DNA of 64,000 nt, from the NCBI GenBank assembly GCA_012295275.1, contig CM022677.1, positions 10,726,001-10,790,000 on the forward strand, written 5' to 3'. The position numbers and the translations under genes are program-made. The notes below the pieces were generated by a model, which saw nothing but the letters and a program-made list of their open reading frames with translations, did not search any database and was not told where the DNA came from. Shown here piece by piece: positions 1-13,924 of the stretch. The DNA comes from Chrysomallon squamiferum. Its lineage: Eukaryota; Animalia; Mollusca. Position 1 is the first letter of the stretch; every line of letters begins with the position of its first letter.

Positions 1-122
1 ACACACACATATTTATTTAGACTTACAAGAATCAAGCGACTTACATATATACACATATGCATACAGAGACAAACACTTGCTACACACACACACAGACAAC
101 ACACACATTTATTTAGACTTAC

Positions 123-1389
123 AAGAATCAAGCGAACACACAACACAGCCTGAGGGTCGCGACTGCTGGCTGCCCAGTGAAGAGGAGTTTTTCCTTCAAT
201 GTCTGGAATTCCAATATTAGAGTCTTGTTTTATCAACATCTTTACATGCTCCAAGTTGCCATATGATGCAGCCCAGTGTAATGCAGTCCTCTGAAGTTAT
301 TATAATTTCAAATGAAAAACATATGAGTGTAATGCAGTCCTCTGAAGTTATTATACTTTGAAATCAAAAAGACTGCTAATGAAAAAGGAAACATGCTAGC
401 AGATTGTGGGTTAAAATTAACATTTTTTTAAATTAGCTTGGCCACAACAATCCTGCAGATATGCAAATAGTGCAGTTTCTCAGAACAATTACAATAATTT
501 AGTTTAATCATGAGACTGATGTAACTTGAAACTCCATTTAAGAACAGTAAAATCTGATTACTCTATTCTAGCAGGCCCACTATGTCTCCAAACTGCTAAA
601 AACATACTAGTTATAGAATTTAAGGATCATGCTACTACCCATGTAAATAATGAGATACTATTACAGTATTCTACTACTACATGCCACCAAATCTTTCTAA
701 TTACCACTAAAGCCAGTGTAAATCTAACTACTACAGTATTATAATATCCTCTATGCTTTTTAAGAATGTCTAAAACATATAAATTGTGGTTATAACATAC
801 ATAATATTCAAAATAAGTGTCTAAATTTAAATGTATTTCAAAAAAACCATGTAAATCATTCTAACAACATTATGATTATATTTTACTGCAAAATAATTTT
901 GTTAATAAATACTTATTTTGAATGTCAAATTCATACAGAAATCAAATGCTTGCCTTATTTTTATCCTGATCATCCATCTCACCAGGAGTGAGTTGCCGTA
1001 GCAACAAGGCCATGCATTTTGGTAGTTTGTGCCTGGTGCATAAATGAAGAGCAGTCTGACCTTCATTGTCCTTGATTCTGCAGTCTGCTCCCTTTGATAG
1101 TAGAAGTTTGAGTAGTCGATAGTTGCCCTGAATGAATGAATAAATGAATAACCAACATATACTAAACATGTATGATCTAAATAAGTAAATAATTAACCAA
1201 ACTAACAACAAAATAGAGGGAACATAGAACTGTCATCTGTGCAGGTGATATCCAAGTTTCTTGATACTGAATAAATAAATAAATAAATAAATAAATTCAT
1301 CTTCCATGATAGTATCATAAGGTACGCAAAAAAATTATAATAAATAAATAAATAAATTTGATATCTATCCGTCTCCGTCTCTCTCTGTC

Positions 1390-1421
<32 letters not shown>

Positions 1422-2875
1422 ATACTAGATCATACTAATTGTATTTACTAGCTCCTTCTATACCTATTAAAACAAACACACACACACACATTCCCCAGTC
1501 AGATACACACACTGTCACAGACATATACTAACTGGCATCCTAACACCCTCTGTAAATAATCACAGAGAATAAGTACAAAAACAAAAAATTATTTTAACAT
1601 TTACTTTATGAGCTGCCCAGTGCAGGGCAGTTCGGCCTCCCTTATCTCTGAGGTTGACATGGCAACCAGCCTTGATGAGTAACTCAGCACACTCCAGCCT
1701 GTCTGCCAGAACACAGAACATGAGAGGACTCCGCCCAAACTGATCCCCAGTGTCAAGGTCAAACTGACCAGCTGTTGGATATGAAAAGAGAATTATTTAT
1801 GTTGTAAAGATATTTGTAAGTTAATTAATTTCATAGAAAATTAAAATGTACTAACGATAATAATAATAACAACAACAACAACAATAATAATAATAATAGA
1901 ATAGTAGTAATGATAATAACAACAATAATAATAATAAAGACAACAGTTATAAAAATAAAAATAACAAAATAACAATGACAATAAAAATATTAATAGCAAC
2001 AATAGTAAAAATGATAATAAACTGAATACTGAAGTAGTATACTTTACAGCATGTAACTAAAACTGAAAACTGAAATAGTGAACTTAACAGAACAGTCTAG
2101 TAAACCAAACTTAATTAATTAAAACTAGTAATTAATTACTTATATTTTCTAGATAAACATGTAAAATGAAAAATAAACTAGTAAACTAATAAACAAATAG
2201 CAAACACAGAAAAAAGAATAGAAACTCATGAACAAACAAAAAATTAAAAATAAAAAACAATAATAATAAATCCAATAAAGTGAAATAGTAATGTCAATAA
2301 AGAACTACAACATACACATCACCAGTCTGGCCAGTGTGGGTTTATCACCATTGACAGCAGCAGCATGCAGCTGAGTGACTCCCTCCATCCTCTGTGTGAC
2401 CCCCCCATTGAATGGACCAGCTGGAGTTTCAGCCTGAAATATTTATAATAAAATTATACAGAAATGCACGTGTGTGTGTGTTTGAGTGTGTGTGTTTGTC
2501 TGTGTGTCTTTTTATGGGAGTGTTTGTATTATATCCATGTATGGATGTGTATCTGGTGTATTATAAATGTTTATATATGTGTGTGAGTATGTGTGTCTGA
2601 GTCTGTGCATATGAATGAGGGATGAAAAAGAGACAGTTTCAATGTACAAATTGATCGTTAATTAATATAACTTGTGGTCTGTTCTCTGTAATAGAAATAA
2701 AGCAATGTGGGTGTGCAAGCCTACTAACTGAATGTGTGTCTGTGTACAGGTGAGGGTGTGAATGTGTGTATGTATGTGTGTGTGTGTGCATGTGTGTGTG
2801 TGTGTGCATGCGGGCGTAATTATTCACCTTTGGTATGACTGATACTGATGGTGCACTCATTTCACTGCTTGACAT
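123..2875 (-). CDS. INVS: Inversin (ankyrin-repeat ciliary protein), 5' part; gene continues beyond the left edge of the window
   Basis: Minus-strand coding exons 2875-2828, 2433-2316, 1771-1605, 1127-954 and 290-123 have compatible phases (0,1,0,0,0). Translation includes DQFGRSPLMFCVLADRLECAELLIKAG...RTALHWAAHK-GNYRLLKLLL...LHLCTRHKLPKCMALLLRQLTPGEMDDQDKNK-RTALHWAASYGNLEHVKMLIKQDSNIGIPDIEGKTPLHWAA. This closely matches the vertebrate inversin N-terminal ankyrin repeats as I recall them (DQFGRTPLMYCVLADRLDC...PGEVDTQDKNKQTALHW...DSNIGIPDVEGK). Intron 953-291 uses a GC donor. Confidence 0.93.
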
Positions 2876-3174
2876 CTTAAAATAAAAGATAAAAAATAAA
2901 ACTAAAACAGTTTTGAAAACAATTTATAAAGGGTTTTTTAAAAACATTAATTAAAATACTTTTTTAAATTTGTCTCATTTTTCTGTCTTTCCTTTTTGTT
3001 TTCTATTTTTACATTTGCAAAGGGCCTTTTACAAAATACTGCAAAATTAATATATTGCTTCACTTTTATTATTTTGTAATTAGTCTATTTTGATTCTTAT
3101 AAAGATTTCAAAATTTCCCGTACAACACAAACCACTAATTGAACACTAATCTTAGCAATTTCTTAATTATTAAT

Positions 3175-3233
<59 letters not shown>

Positions 3234-3849
3234 TCGACACAATATTTTAATAATCTTTCACATTTATGATTTATATTATTTTGTTTTTAATTTTCATAGC
3301 AAATAATAAAAATTAATTGAATTAAATATTTTAACATTCTCAGTTAGCAATTCATGCAAATTATAATTACTAATTGTAACAATCAAATGAGTAGAACATC
3401 CATTATCTATTCAATAAAAAAAATTAAAAAATTAAAAATCCTTCACTTATTAATTAATTCATTCATTTTTCATTTCAAATTACAATAGCAACTGTTTAAC
3501 TGGAATGAAATTTCATAATGCCAAAAATAGATTTTTTGTTGTACTAAAAAAGTACTAAAAAAATAATTAATATCATTGCAGTTATTAAGTCAAAATGGAT
3601 ATTCTTAGTAACACATTAAAAACAAAAAAATTAAACAGTTTCACATGATGCTTGTTATGCAAATTATTGTAGTTTACCAGTATCTGCTTTCTATTAGTAT
3701 TAATAAACTGATTGTTTTTTTTGCAATTTTGTTATATTATCCAAAATTTCAATATTTTAATAGATTAAAATTGTTTCCAAAGTCAGGTACACCAAGTTAA
3801 ACTGATGAAACCCATAAGAATAAAACTTATATTATTTATGCATAAACCT

Positions 3850-4250
3850 AATTTCTATTCCAAGTATGTTTGGATGATAAACATTAGTTAACTTATATGT
3901 AACGTCTTCTGTTCCTTGCTGAGAACCATAAATGATATTTTATAAATGACTTCTGTCTTGATCCATACTTGTAAAATTAGCAATGTTATTATATGTTATT
4001 TTATATATATCTTCTGATCCATGCATGGGATACTTTTTATATACATAATTATGATCCAAGCATATAAAAAATATATTATTTACAAATACCTTCAGTTCCA
4101 TGCATGGAAAACTTGTGAAATATAGTTTTTAAGCACTTTGTTAATATCCATGCATATCACTTATAAAGATATTTTTAAATGCATTCCATATTTCAGAATT
4201 TAAAATCATGGCTATATATTAGTTGTAGACCACTTCTTATCCATGCATGT
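3850..4250. repeat. Degenerate ~45-50 bp tandem repeat
   Basis: Recurring ...ttttata(n)cttctg(a)tccatgcat... units in INVS intron 1. Confidence 0.45.
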
Positions 4251-5401
4251 CACACTGATGCAGCATGCCTCACTTACAAAGCTGGAATGCTCCTGTGCGT
4301 TGACAGCTCGAGGTATGGACAGACAACAGACACAGAGAATATTGTTAAAACAACATTCACTCATGTCATAGATTGAGCTTCGATTTTCACTTGTCAACAT
4401 TGTAAAGCAGAAAATTATTCTAAATTCTCGAGTTCATAAACTGAAAAATTATTGTTAAAATTCTTATATTCTTATAATTGTAAATGAAATTGGAAATTTA
4501 GTTTTCTTTTTTGTTTTCTTCTGTCTTAACTTATTTCTTGTTTTCTTTGATTTTTCAAAAAGACACACAAAAAGCATTTAGGAGTAACCTAAACATTAGA
4601 GTTGGCATTCTTTAAATTTTTGAACTTAAAGAAAAAAAAACATACAATTTTTCATTCATTTATAAACTGTACATAAATTTAAAACAATGAAATAAACAAA
4701 ACCTCTCTTGCAACATAAAACTAAGTAATATATTTTCTTTCAACATTGAAAATATATTATATTAAACAACAAATTCTCAAAAATTTAATATTTATATACA
4801 TATATAAATTTTTAATTCTTTGCTTATAAGCTAATATCCTACACTAAGTAAACTCTATATTCATTAGTTCTTTAAATATTAAACTGAAAATATTTCATCA
4901 AAAATACATTATACTAAATAGTAAATTATGAGTTCTATAAAATTAAATAATAATTTTTGGTTCTAAGTTAAATAAAGACACTGTGTAAAACTCTATATAT
5001 AGCAGAATATACTTATATAGTATTTTGGTCTATTTCTTTTAAATGGCATAGGGTGTGGATATTAAACCAATACTGAGATACTCAAGAAGAGATTAAACAG
5101 ATGTAAACCTAAACTAGACTAAACCGATTTGTCAGTACCAAATATTAACAGTAATTATTCTCATTTTCAGGTCAATTGTTTTATTGTTCAGTTATCAGTA
5201 TTTAAAAAACTATAGTGATATAAATCGTTACAAGTATAAGAAATATATATATATTCAAATTTCTCGTACATTGGAAAAGTAAAATTTGACAGCTGCCGAT
5301 AAGCCTCGATAAAATTGTCACGCTAAACGATCCCATTTATACAGTAGCCTTTGTCAAACGCCCCTGCAATTATTACTGATATTATGCAAATCACATCTTA
5401 C

Positions 5402-5495
5402 CATAAATCACTAATATTCTTCGCGTCCGTGTCCTGAAAATTGCTTAAAATTCATCCATTAAAATTAAATTATTACATCTGCCGCCATGTTGTTA
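5402..5495 (-). promoter_or_regulatory. Probable INVS non-coding first exon / TSS region with YY1-like motif
   Basis: Minus-strand donor TATG|gtaaga at 5402/5401; locally CpG-enriched; GCCGCCATGTTG at 5481-5492 resembles the YY1-type motif common at housekeeping TSSs. The ATG exon at 2875 is directly preceded by an AG acceptor, consistent with an upstream exon. Confidence 0.5.
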
Positions 5496-6195
5496 AGGAA
5501 AATAATCCAAGGGCAACAACTCTTGAAATTGTGCAATCATTTTATGATTTGACCTCAAACAGGATAATTAATTTTCTTTTAAATCTAGCTGCTGATAAGG
5601 AGAATAAATATAGAAGAAAACATTAGTTCGGAAAAATAGTTTGCTTGGTGACTGAAATATTATTCTACATGAAATGGACATGTGAAATTATTTTATATAG
5701 GAAGGTGTCATTTATGTTTATGCTTTCGTTTTGCTTTCTTTTTTTATAAGATGTTTTCAATGGAATTCTGTCAGGCGTAGACGTCATACTTTTACAAAGT
5801 GAAAATAAAGTAATAATTAATTTAAAAAATAATTATCTAGTGATTAAAATTATGTTTAGGTATTATCCTGATTCGAGAACGATCGATTTTTTTTTTTTTT
5901 TTTTTTTTTTGTATAGTTTTGATGTAATAATAGTAATAATTGTTACACATATTTCTAATTGTAGGGCAACCACTTTGTTGCAAAAAAAAAAAAAAAAAAA
6001 AAACACTTTACAAACACGTACAGCAAATTCAAATTCAATTTTAAAAAATAAAATAAAAATAGACAAAAGAAGAAGAAGAAGAAAGAACTTGCCCCAACGA
6101 CTATAAATTACATAAATAAATAAATAATGACAAGAGGAAAAACAGCAATGAAGACAAAACGAACGTTAACAATGATTCCAGCAACGATAATTATG

Positions 6196-6756
6196 TATGT
6201 GTACGTACGTACGTATGTATGTATGTATGTATGTATGTATGTATGTATGTATGTATGTATGTATGTATGTATGTATGCATGTATGTTTAGAAATGCAATA
6301 AGAATTTACATTTGCCAAAACTTAAGGTAATATTAACTGTTGGGGAATAGTTTGGTGACCCTTCCCTCACAAAATAAAGGGGGTGTTTTCAGTCAGTCAT
6401 AGTGATGCCACCTACATGATAACCAGACCACCGCCAAACCTGTTATAAAATCGCATTGTAACGTTCATTTCAAAGACCAAAGACGTCTTTCTCCTTACCA
6501 TTCACGTCTGTGGGCAATGTGACGTTTTGTCAAGGTGGCGCAACACTGATGATGATTTCTCGTCATCTGATCCGTAATTCGTATATCAATGAGGATCATC
6601 AAACGTGTGTGATGATAATATTAATATTAAATATTCCCCCGACTTTCACTGAAGAGTGTGTGTGCATATGTTTTTAAAATATATATATATATATATATAT
6701 CTAAGAAATTATAAAGAGGTCTAGAACACTGATATTAATAATAATGTCGGCGATTG

Positions 6757-6808
<52 letters not shown>

Positions 6809-7748
6809 CAAATGGAAAAAAAAAATAATAACATTAAAAGTCTTATCTTCACTTAATTAAAGGTTAAATGTTATTTTAAGCGACAAAGTTTACACTATGA
6901 ATGTGTCAGGGCACATTAAAATTACATTAACCAAAATACTAAGTATATCACTGATTATTTTGACAGTTATTGGCTGTGATGTTCATTTCTAATTTTATAG
7001 AAGGTGCATAGTGGGGTTTTATTTTCATGAAATATTACTTTAAAATATAATATATATTTAGTTAAAGCTTTAAATCACGATGCATAAGAGCCCACACACA
7101 CTACAAAATAATAATAATAATAATAATCAGAACATGTATCATAATACGTAATAGTATCATAATTTTTCTCACACATTTTAGATTGCTTTTATTTTATTTC
7201 ATTTGACATCAATTTATATAATCTTTCTAAACTTTCACCCTGTCACCTTATTATCTAAGTCTCGCTCTTTCTCGTCTAATATATCTCGTGAAAGAAATTT
7301 TATTGGATGTGCATCCTGTATTTCTCATTTTGCGAACGGCCAAATAGATATCATTGTTTCACTGTTTTGGTTAGATGTTGATAATAAACCACAGTTCTTT
7401 TAACATTTTATACCGATTAAAGTTGTTGAGCATGGACATAATAATTACATGTAAACTAAAGATTACAGTTAAAAACAGACTCAAGAAAGCATGCTGCATG
7501 TAATAGTAAACAAACATAAGAATACAAATTTTGTTGAATAAATTTATCATTTATGTCACGAGTCTGAATTGAATATGTATTTCGGATGTCTGTCGGATGT
7601 TTGTATACGTGTGTGATTGAGTATGAATAGCTGTATATCTGTTGTGGTGTGTGTCGGTCTGTCCGTCTCCGAGTGTATCAATTTATCTATTTATTTATCT
7701 GTCTATATAGATGAATGAATGTATGTAGATAATATTATTATGATTATG

Positions 7749-7804
<56 letters not shown>

Positions 7805-8294
7805 TAATATCATCAACGAAAGGGAAATAACCCATGGCATTTGTTTGTCTGCTAACCTTTCTTATTGTAGTTATTCACCTTGGATAAATCTTTGCTCCTA
7901 GAGGACGACTGAAAACAGTGACTTTCACAGTGGAAAAGAAATTCCGAGTGACTGTGTTTTTATTTATTTTTTATTTTGATATTTGATAATCTTTCTAATA
8001 CCTTTTAAGCCTGAACCATTAAAAATGATTATAATAATACTAATAAATAAATAAATAAATAGTGTTGTGTAGTGTGTTTTTATATAGTGATGTGTAATGT
8101 AGTGTAATATAGTTAGAAATAGTTTAGTTTAGTTTAGTTTAATTAATATAGAATAGAATAATGTAAACAAACAAACAAACAAACAAAACAAATATGAATG
8201 AATGAATAAGTGAATAAATATCTCAGTGTATCAATTCGTAGTCTGAATTTGTCAGATTTAAAGACGGGGAAAACATCAAAAACGGTTGTTCTCC

Positions 8295-8345
<51 letters not shown>

Positions 8346-8542
8346 GTAGTAGTAGTAGCAGTAGTAGTATAAGAACAAGAACAACAATACCAATAATGAT
8401 ATGAAAAAGCAGACAAAAAAGAAAAAGAAAAATTAAAAAAATTAGTAGTAGCAGTAACAGTATAAGAAAAAGAACAACAATAACAATAATAATATGAAGA
8501 AGACGAAAACAATAACACAAAAAGAACAAAATAATAATAATC

Positions 8543-8580
<38 letters not shown>
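6196..8580. repeat. Microsatellite-rich intergenic region ((TATG)n, (AAT)n, (TA)n, (AGT)n)
   Basis: Representative of dozens of (CA)n, (GA)n, (AAT)n, (TAG)n and poly-A/T tracts across the window that generate most short ORFs in the track. Confidence 0.9.
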
Positions 8581-8583
<3 letters not shown>

Positions 8584-9049
8584 TGATCGTCACACCCACT
8601 CCCTCCAAAAAGTTGATAAGAAACTAAAATAAATAAAAACAAACAAAAAGCATTATGTTTATATTAGTAACCATGATTAATAGCGTACTTCCAAAAGAAC
8701 ATCAGTAATTATATAATTATTTTCAGCTTGGTAAGTCTTTTGACGATGATGATAAATTCAGCAGGAATGATGAAAGATGATAATTATACTCGCTGATTAA
8801 GAAAATGACGATAATACCGCTTACTAAATTTTGAACTACTTCATAAATAATAATTTTTATATTTTGTTGTTGAACATTTATTTTCATTTCTAATTTCGTT
8901 TATTTATTTATTTAATTCTTCCCTCATTTCTGTGTTATTTCTCTTATAGGTGTTCTATTCCCTTTTCTCGATTAGATCAAATTAATTATAATAATTATTT
9001 ATTCAAATGTTGTATAGGATATAAATAAAGATATGTAACATATTGACTG

Positions 9050-9464
9050 CTCACCGGACAGTATTTAAGAAAAAAAAAAAAAAAAAATGTAATAATAAAA
9101 GGAAATATTTTAACTCAACACCGGTTCCTTGTTTTCTGGTGCACGACGACACACATGCTATCCATTGTTGACATTTTCAACAATAGCAGAACTACTAAAA
9201 CAACAGTCACTACAAGCTTGACCGGGTTAATAGCCCAGGTTTCCAGTCAACATTTATTTGACATCAGAACTCGTTTAGCCTGCTTTTTATTCCGTCAGCA
9301 ATCACATACAGGTGTTAGATTTCCAAATGGAACCAGACGTAGACGAATTGTACTTTTGTTTATGATGTTCTTTTTGGCGACATTCGATCAAAGCTAATGT
9401 TGAATAAACATTTTGGATATACTGTTACAAGAAGGTTGATGAACATAAATCGGCCTGAGATTTG
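9050..9464 (+). promoter_or_regulatory. CpG-enriched promoter / putative non-coding first exon of the SLC6-like gene
   Basis: CpG-richer unique sequence ending in a consensus donor TTTG|gtaagt at 9464/9465. The next plus-strand gene has an acceptor at 25320 upstream of its ATG. Linkage across the ~16 kb intron is inferred. Confidence 0.4.
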
Positions 9465-11921
9465 GTAAGTACAGTAAATAATTGTCTTTCATTGTTTTGT
9501 GTTTAAATTTCGCTGACTCTTTATTATAATTTTGATATTTGCTTTATAGTCTGTTTCAACTTTCTTTTGTTTTCCCATCTTTTGTCGATGTCGTCGCGAT
9601 ATTGTGTTTCAAGAGTGAAAAATAGCCAGTCAGTTTTCATAAATAAATAAATTGTGAAATATATTTATATATGTTGTTTTTAAAGAAAAAAAAAGAAGAA
9701 GTCTATGACAAATAATAAATGAATCAAAAAGTAAATATTTTCTTTGTATTTATTTTATAAAATTTCTTAAGTAAAAAAAAGAAAACATTTACAAACCTCA
9801 CTCCAAAAAGAAAAAAAAAAAGAAAAAAGAAAAACAAAAACGCCAGAAGAAAATATTAATTTAAATGAACAAAAAAGGAAATTATTGTTTAAAAATTTTG
9901 TTTTAATTTATTAAAACTCATAAAAATATGATGTGCTGCGATAAATGCAATAAAACAATGAATAATAATAATAATAATAATAATATACAGTATGAGTCTG
10001 CCATATAAAGTGTTATATAATAACATTATCAACAGCACTAATAGGAGCAGCTACAACTACAACAGCAATGACATTTTTGTTAAAGCAACATTACCAACTA
10101 CACTACCAACTAACAACAACAACCAACACCAATATAATTTTATTTTATAGACACAATCAGCACCAACAATGTCATCTTTAACAGCAACAACAACAATGCC
10201 ACTATCACAGTAATAACAACAACATTTAATGTGGTTTAAACAGAATATGAACACAGATGTAGAAGCTGTATTAAACTGATTAATAAAGAAATATTGTATA
10301 TTTTTTCATATTTACAGAATTAGATAATAATATAATCATAAGAAAACAATTCTGATTATAATGATCTGTCATCAAAAAAAAAGTTACACACACCCACACA
10401 CACACACACACACAAACACACACATACATACACACACATATAGACACTCACAAACACACTAAATAAAAAAAAAATCTGTTAGAATAAGAAATTACTTTTG
10501 CCCCTTTATTATTTATAATTTGTTATGATATGTAAAAAAAATAATAACTTATTTTTATAGCTATGTATGTGTCTTTAATGCAAAATGTAGAATACTTTAT
10601 CTAGTAAACAAATAAAAGCAGTTCTGTTAAGATGAGAAATTATCTTGTACCCATTTATATTTTATAATGTAACTGATGTGAAATTTAGATGTTTTTTCTT
10701 TACTATTTTTTAAACTAATTTTTATAGTTGTATATGACTGAAAGAGAAATTATGAAAATGTTTTCCAAGTTAATCATTTATTTTATTGGTCAACCATTAT
10801 TATTTAAAACCAATTATGAAAACAGACCAATCAAACAATAACATTCATTACACATTCATTGACACATTATTGTTTGCCCATACATATACTTATATGTATA
10901 CATGCGCACGCACACACACACACATACACACTATTTAATCATTGTGCTGTAATGGTGTTACTCATATCACTGCAACGTGGAACTTGATTTTAACAATAGA
11001 AATATGTTTCCTGTAGAATGCAGGATAGGTCAGGGAAATACTGTAATTAGTGTAACCAACATGTTAAACACATAAATATATTTACTAGCTGTATCATATG
11101 CAAGCTTCAGAAAGGTTATGGACTACTTTCAGTTGAAATAACACTGCTGGAAAGATTTAACATAATTACAGAAAGTTAGCTGTATGTATTTTTATCTTTT
11201 CTCTATCTCTTTAAGTATTTTATTTCTAAGATATGAGTGGAAACTTTTAAAACTGTCTAAGATTGTTTTTTTAGTAATAAAATGGTTTTAAATAATTTTA
11301 GAGTATTATGTGTATATGTGTATATATGTGTGTGTGTATTTTATTTTATTTTACAGTTTATTTACTTATTTTAATATCTTTCAACACCATGGTTGTTAAC
11401 TGTTTCAGAAAATTGTGTATTAATCTGTTTTATTTAACCTTGGAAATATAATTAAATATAAGGTTAATTAATAAAATAAAGAACACTTTTCTTTTCTATT
11501 TTTTTCTTTGTTTTGTTAGGAGTCATATTTATTATTCATTTTGCTTTATTTTCAGTTTTAGAGTAAAATTTATTTAAAATAAGTTTGACCTGTTGGTGAT
11601 AGCACTGTGAAAGAGTTTTACTCAAGTGACAACATCAATAATGTAATCTAAATTAAATCGGAGAAGTTTTCTCCACAGTTTTCTGTGGAGACATGATAAT
11701 GTTTACTTAAATTGTAAGCCCTTTTGATTAGAATTTGTTATTGTTGTTTGTTTGATATGCACTCTGTCTTTCACACACACAGAGACATCAATATAAAATA
11801 TGTGTGTGTGTGTATGTTGATTCTTTTTGACAAACTTGTAAAAGTGTAAAATTATACCAGTAATAATAAACTGCTTTATGGGTGTGAATGTATGTGTATC
11901 TGTGTATGTGTGTATGTGTGT

Positions 11922-11980
11922 GTTGACTGTTATTGACAATAACTGTAATTTATTGTAAAATTACTGTGGATTTATGTCTG

Positions 11981-12015
<35 letters not shown>

Positions 12016-12202
12016 GCTGTGTGTGTGTATGTTGTCTGCTGTTGACAATAACTGTAATTTATTGTAAAATTACTGTGGATTTATGTCTGTTCTGTGTGTG
12101 TGTGTGTGTGTGGTTGTGTGTGTGTGTGTGTATGTGTGTGTGTGTTGACTGTTATTGACAATAACTGTAATTTATTGTAAAATTACTGTGGATTTATGTC
12201 TG

Positions 12203-12247
<45 letters not shown>

Positions 12248-12316
12248 GTGTGTGTATGTTGTCTGCTGTTGACAATAACTGTAATTTATTGTAAAATTAC
12301 TGTGGATTTATGTCTG

Positions 12317-12395
<79 letters not shown>

Positions 12396-12466
12396 TGTGT
12401 GTTGACTGTTATTGACAATAACTGTAATTTATTGTAAAATTACTGTGGATTTATGTCTGTTCTGTG
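11922..12466. repeat. Compound minisatellite: five ~60-bp units separated by (TG)n tracts
   Basis: Unit ...ttgacaataactgtaatttattgtaaaattactgtggatttatgtctgttctg starts at ~11922, 12031, 12144, 12258 and 12401, with two alternating 5' variants. Confidence 0.9.
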
Positions 12467-13847
12467 CTAATTTCTGAAATAATCAATAGCTTCGTCACAC
12501 TTCTTTCGATTCCTCCCCGCAACTCTCCAACAATAGTTGACCTACTTAATTATAAAAATTCTATAATGAATAATTTTCTTTCCCCTACAAGCTGAATTTA
12601 TGTGTTAGGATAATACATATTAACAGGAATTAATGTATTTATTATTATTATTATCTGCAATGATTTATATATGTATATATAGTGAGAGTTTGTGATATAC
12701 ACAGACATTTATATAAGAGATTGTTACACAGGTCACTCAGAGAACAAATAAATGTTTAGTAATAGTAGTAATTCTAGTGTTATGTCATTATTATTATTAT
12801 TATTATTATTAATATAGACAATAGTAATAGTAAATTAATTATTGTTATTATTACTTTTAACCTTGATTAGGGTTTTATTAATTTGTTATTTTGTTTCAGT
12901 ATTTGATAACTGGAATAACTTCTTTTTTTTGTAAACAAACAAATGCTTTTGAATTCAGGTAGCATAAACCTAAAAAGTGTGGTCTTTTCTCAGTTTGCTG
13001 CTTCAGTGTTTGGCAACAAGATAGACTGTTGTGGTTACATTATATAAAGTACATTTACTCTTGTATCTTATAAACAAACATAACCTAGGAATTAACCAAA
13101 TAAAATTAGTGACAGAAACAAAATGGCAGTCAACTTTGTTCACAAATGATTGGTTAAAAAGAACAACACTAGATGTGCAGTTATTAACTAACAAACAAAT
13201 AAATAAATCTGTAATCTGACAGCAGAAATTATGATTGTGTGAATTCCTCATTTGTGGAAAACCAGTACTCCTGTACTAATGTATATGACTACTAGTAATT
13301 ACTATATTACTATTCATGTTAGCACTACTGCTCATTTCACTAGCTGATGTTGACTACAACTTTGATTTTACTACCTGGATCTGATTTACAAACTGTTTCT
13401 ATTCCTGCTGATAATTCACATGCAAGTTTTAGTTTCTGGTTAAGAAATGCAACAAGACACAAAAGCCATTGAAATTATTTCAAATGTTTGGATCCCTTAT
13501 CTCATCATTACTAATTCATGTCCATGTTTGAGTCTGACTGATCAGGTCCAGCTGTGTCCACTCACAAAATTAATTGGGCAGTGGTCATACAATCTGTTCA
13601 TTATCCGGACATGTGGTGTTGTTTCTTGATATTTGTAATAGGAACCAGTATTTCTTTTATGTATGTATGTATGTATGTATATCAACTAGTATGCATATAT
13701 TACTTATGTATATATCTCTGTCTATATCTTTATGTGCATGAGTATGTCAATTTATCAAATTTGCTATAAACAAAATCGTCTTGCATAAATTTATATATAT
13801 CCACATTTCAAACCATTTATTTATTTATTTTTTTAATCTTATATATA

Positions 13848-13880
<33 letters not shown>

Positions 13881-13924
13881 CATCACAAAATTATTAAAAT
13901 ATTATATAAATATATTGGCAGTAC

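Noticed and set aside
4179-4400. Overlapping 62-65 aa ORFs in INVS intron 1
   Set aside because: No homology recognised; at most an unverified 5' UTR exon (minus-strand gtaagt near 4276).
6330-6660. CpG-containing island between INVS and the SLC6-like gene (SINE or ncRNA?)
   Set aside because: No convincing A/B boxes, cloverleaf, TSD or ORF.
7719-8608. Poly-Ile/Tyr/Leu 'membrane protein' ORFs (also 21482-21807, 22894-23187, 35292-35747, 51839-52236, 55642-56016 beyond the exon)
   Set aside because: These are translations of (AAT)n, (CA)n, (GA)n and (TAG)n microsatellites.
11922-12466. CRISPR-like array (constant repeats with variable spacers)
   Set aside because: The spacers are (TG)n microsatellites rather than unique sequences, the context is eukaryotic and intronic, and there are no cas genes.
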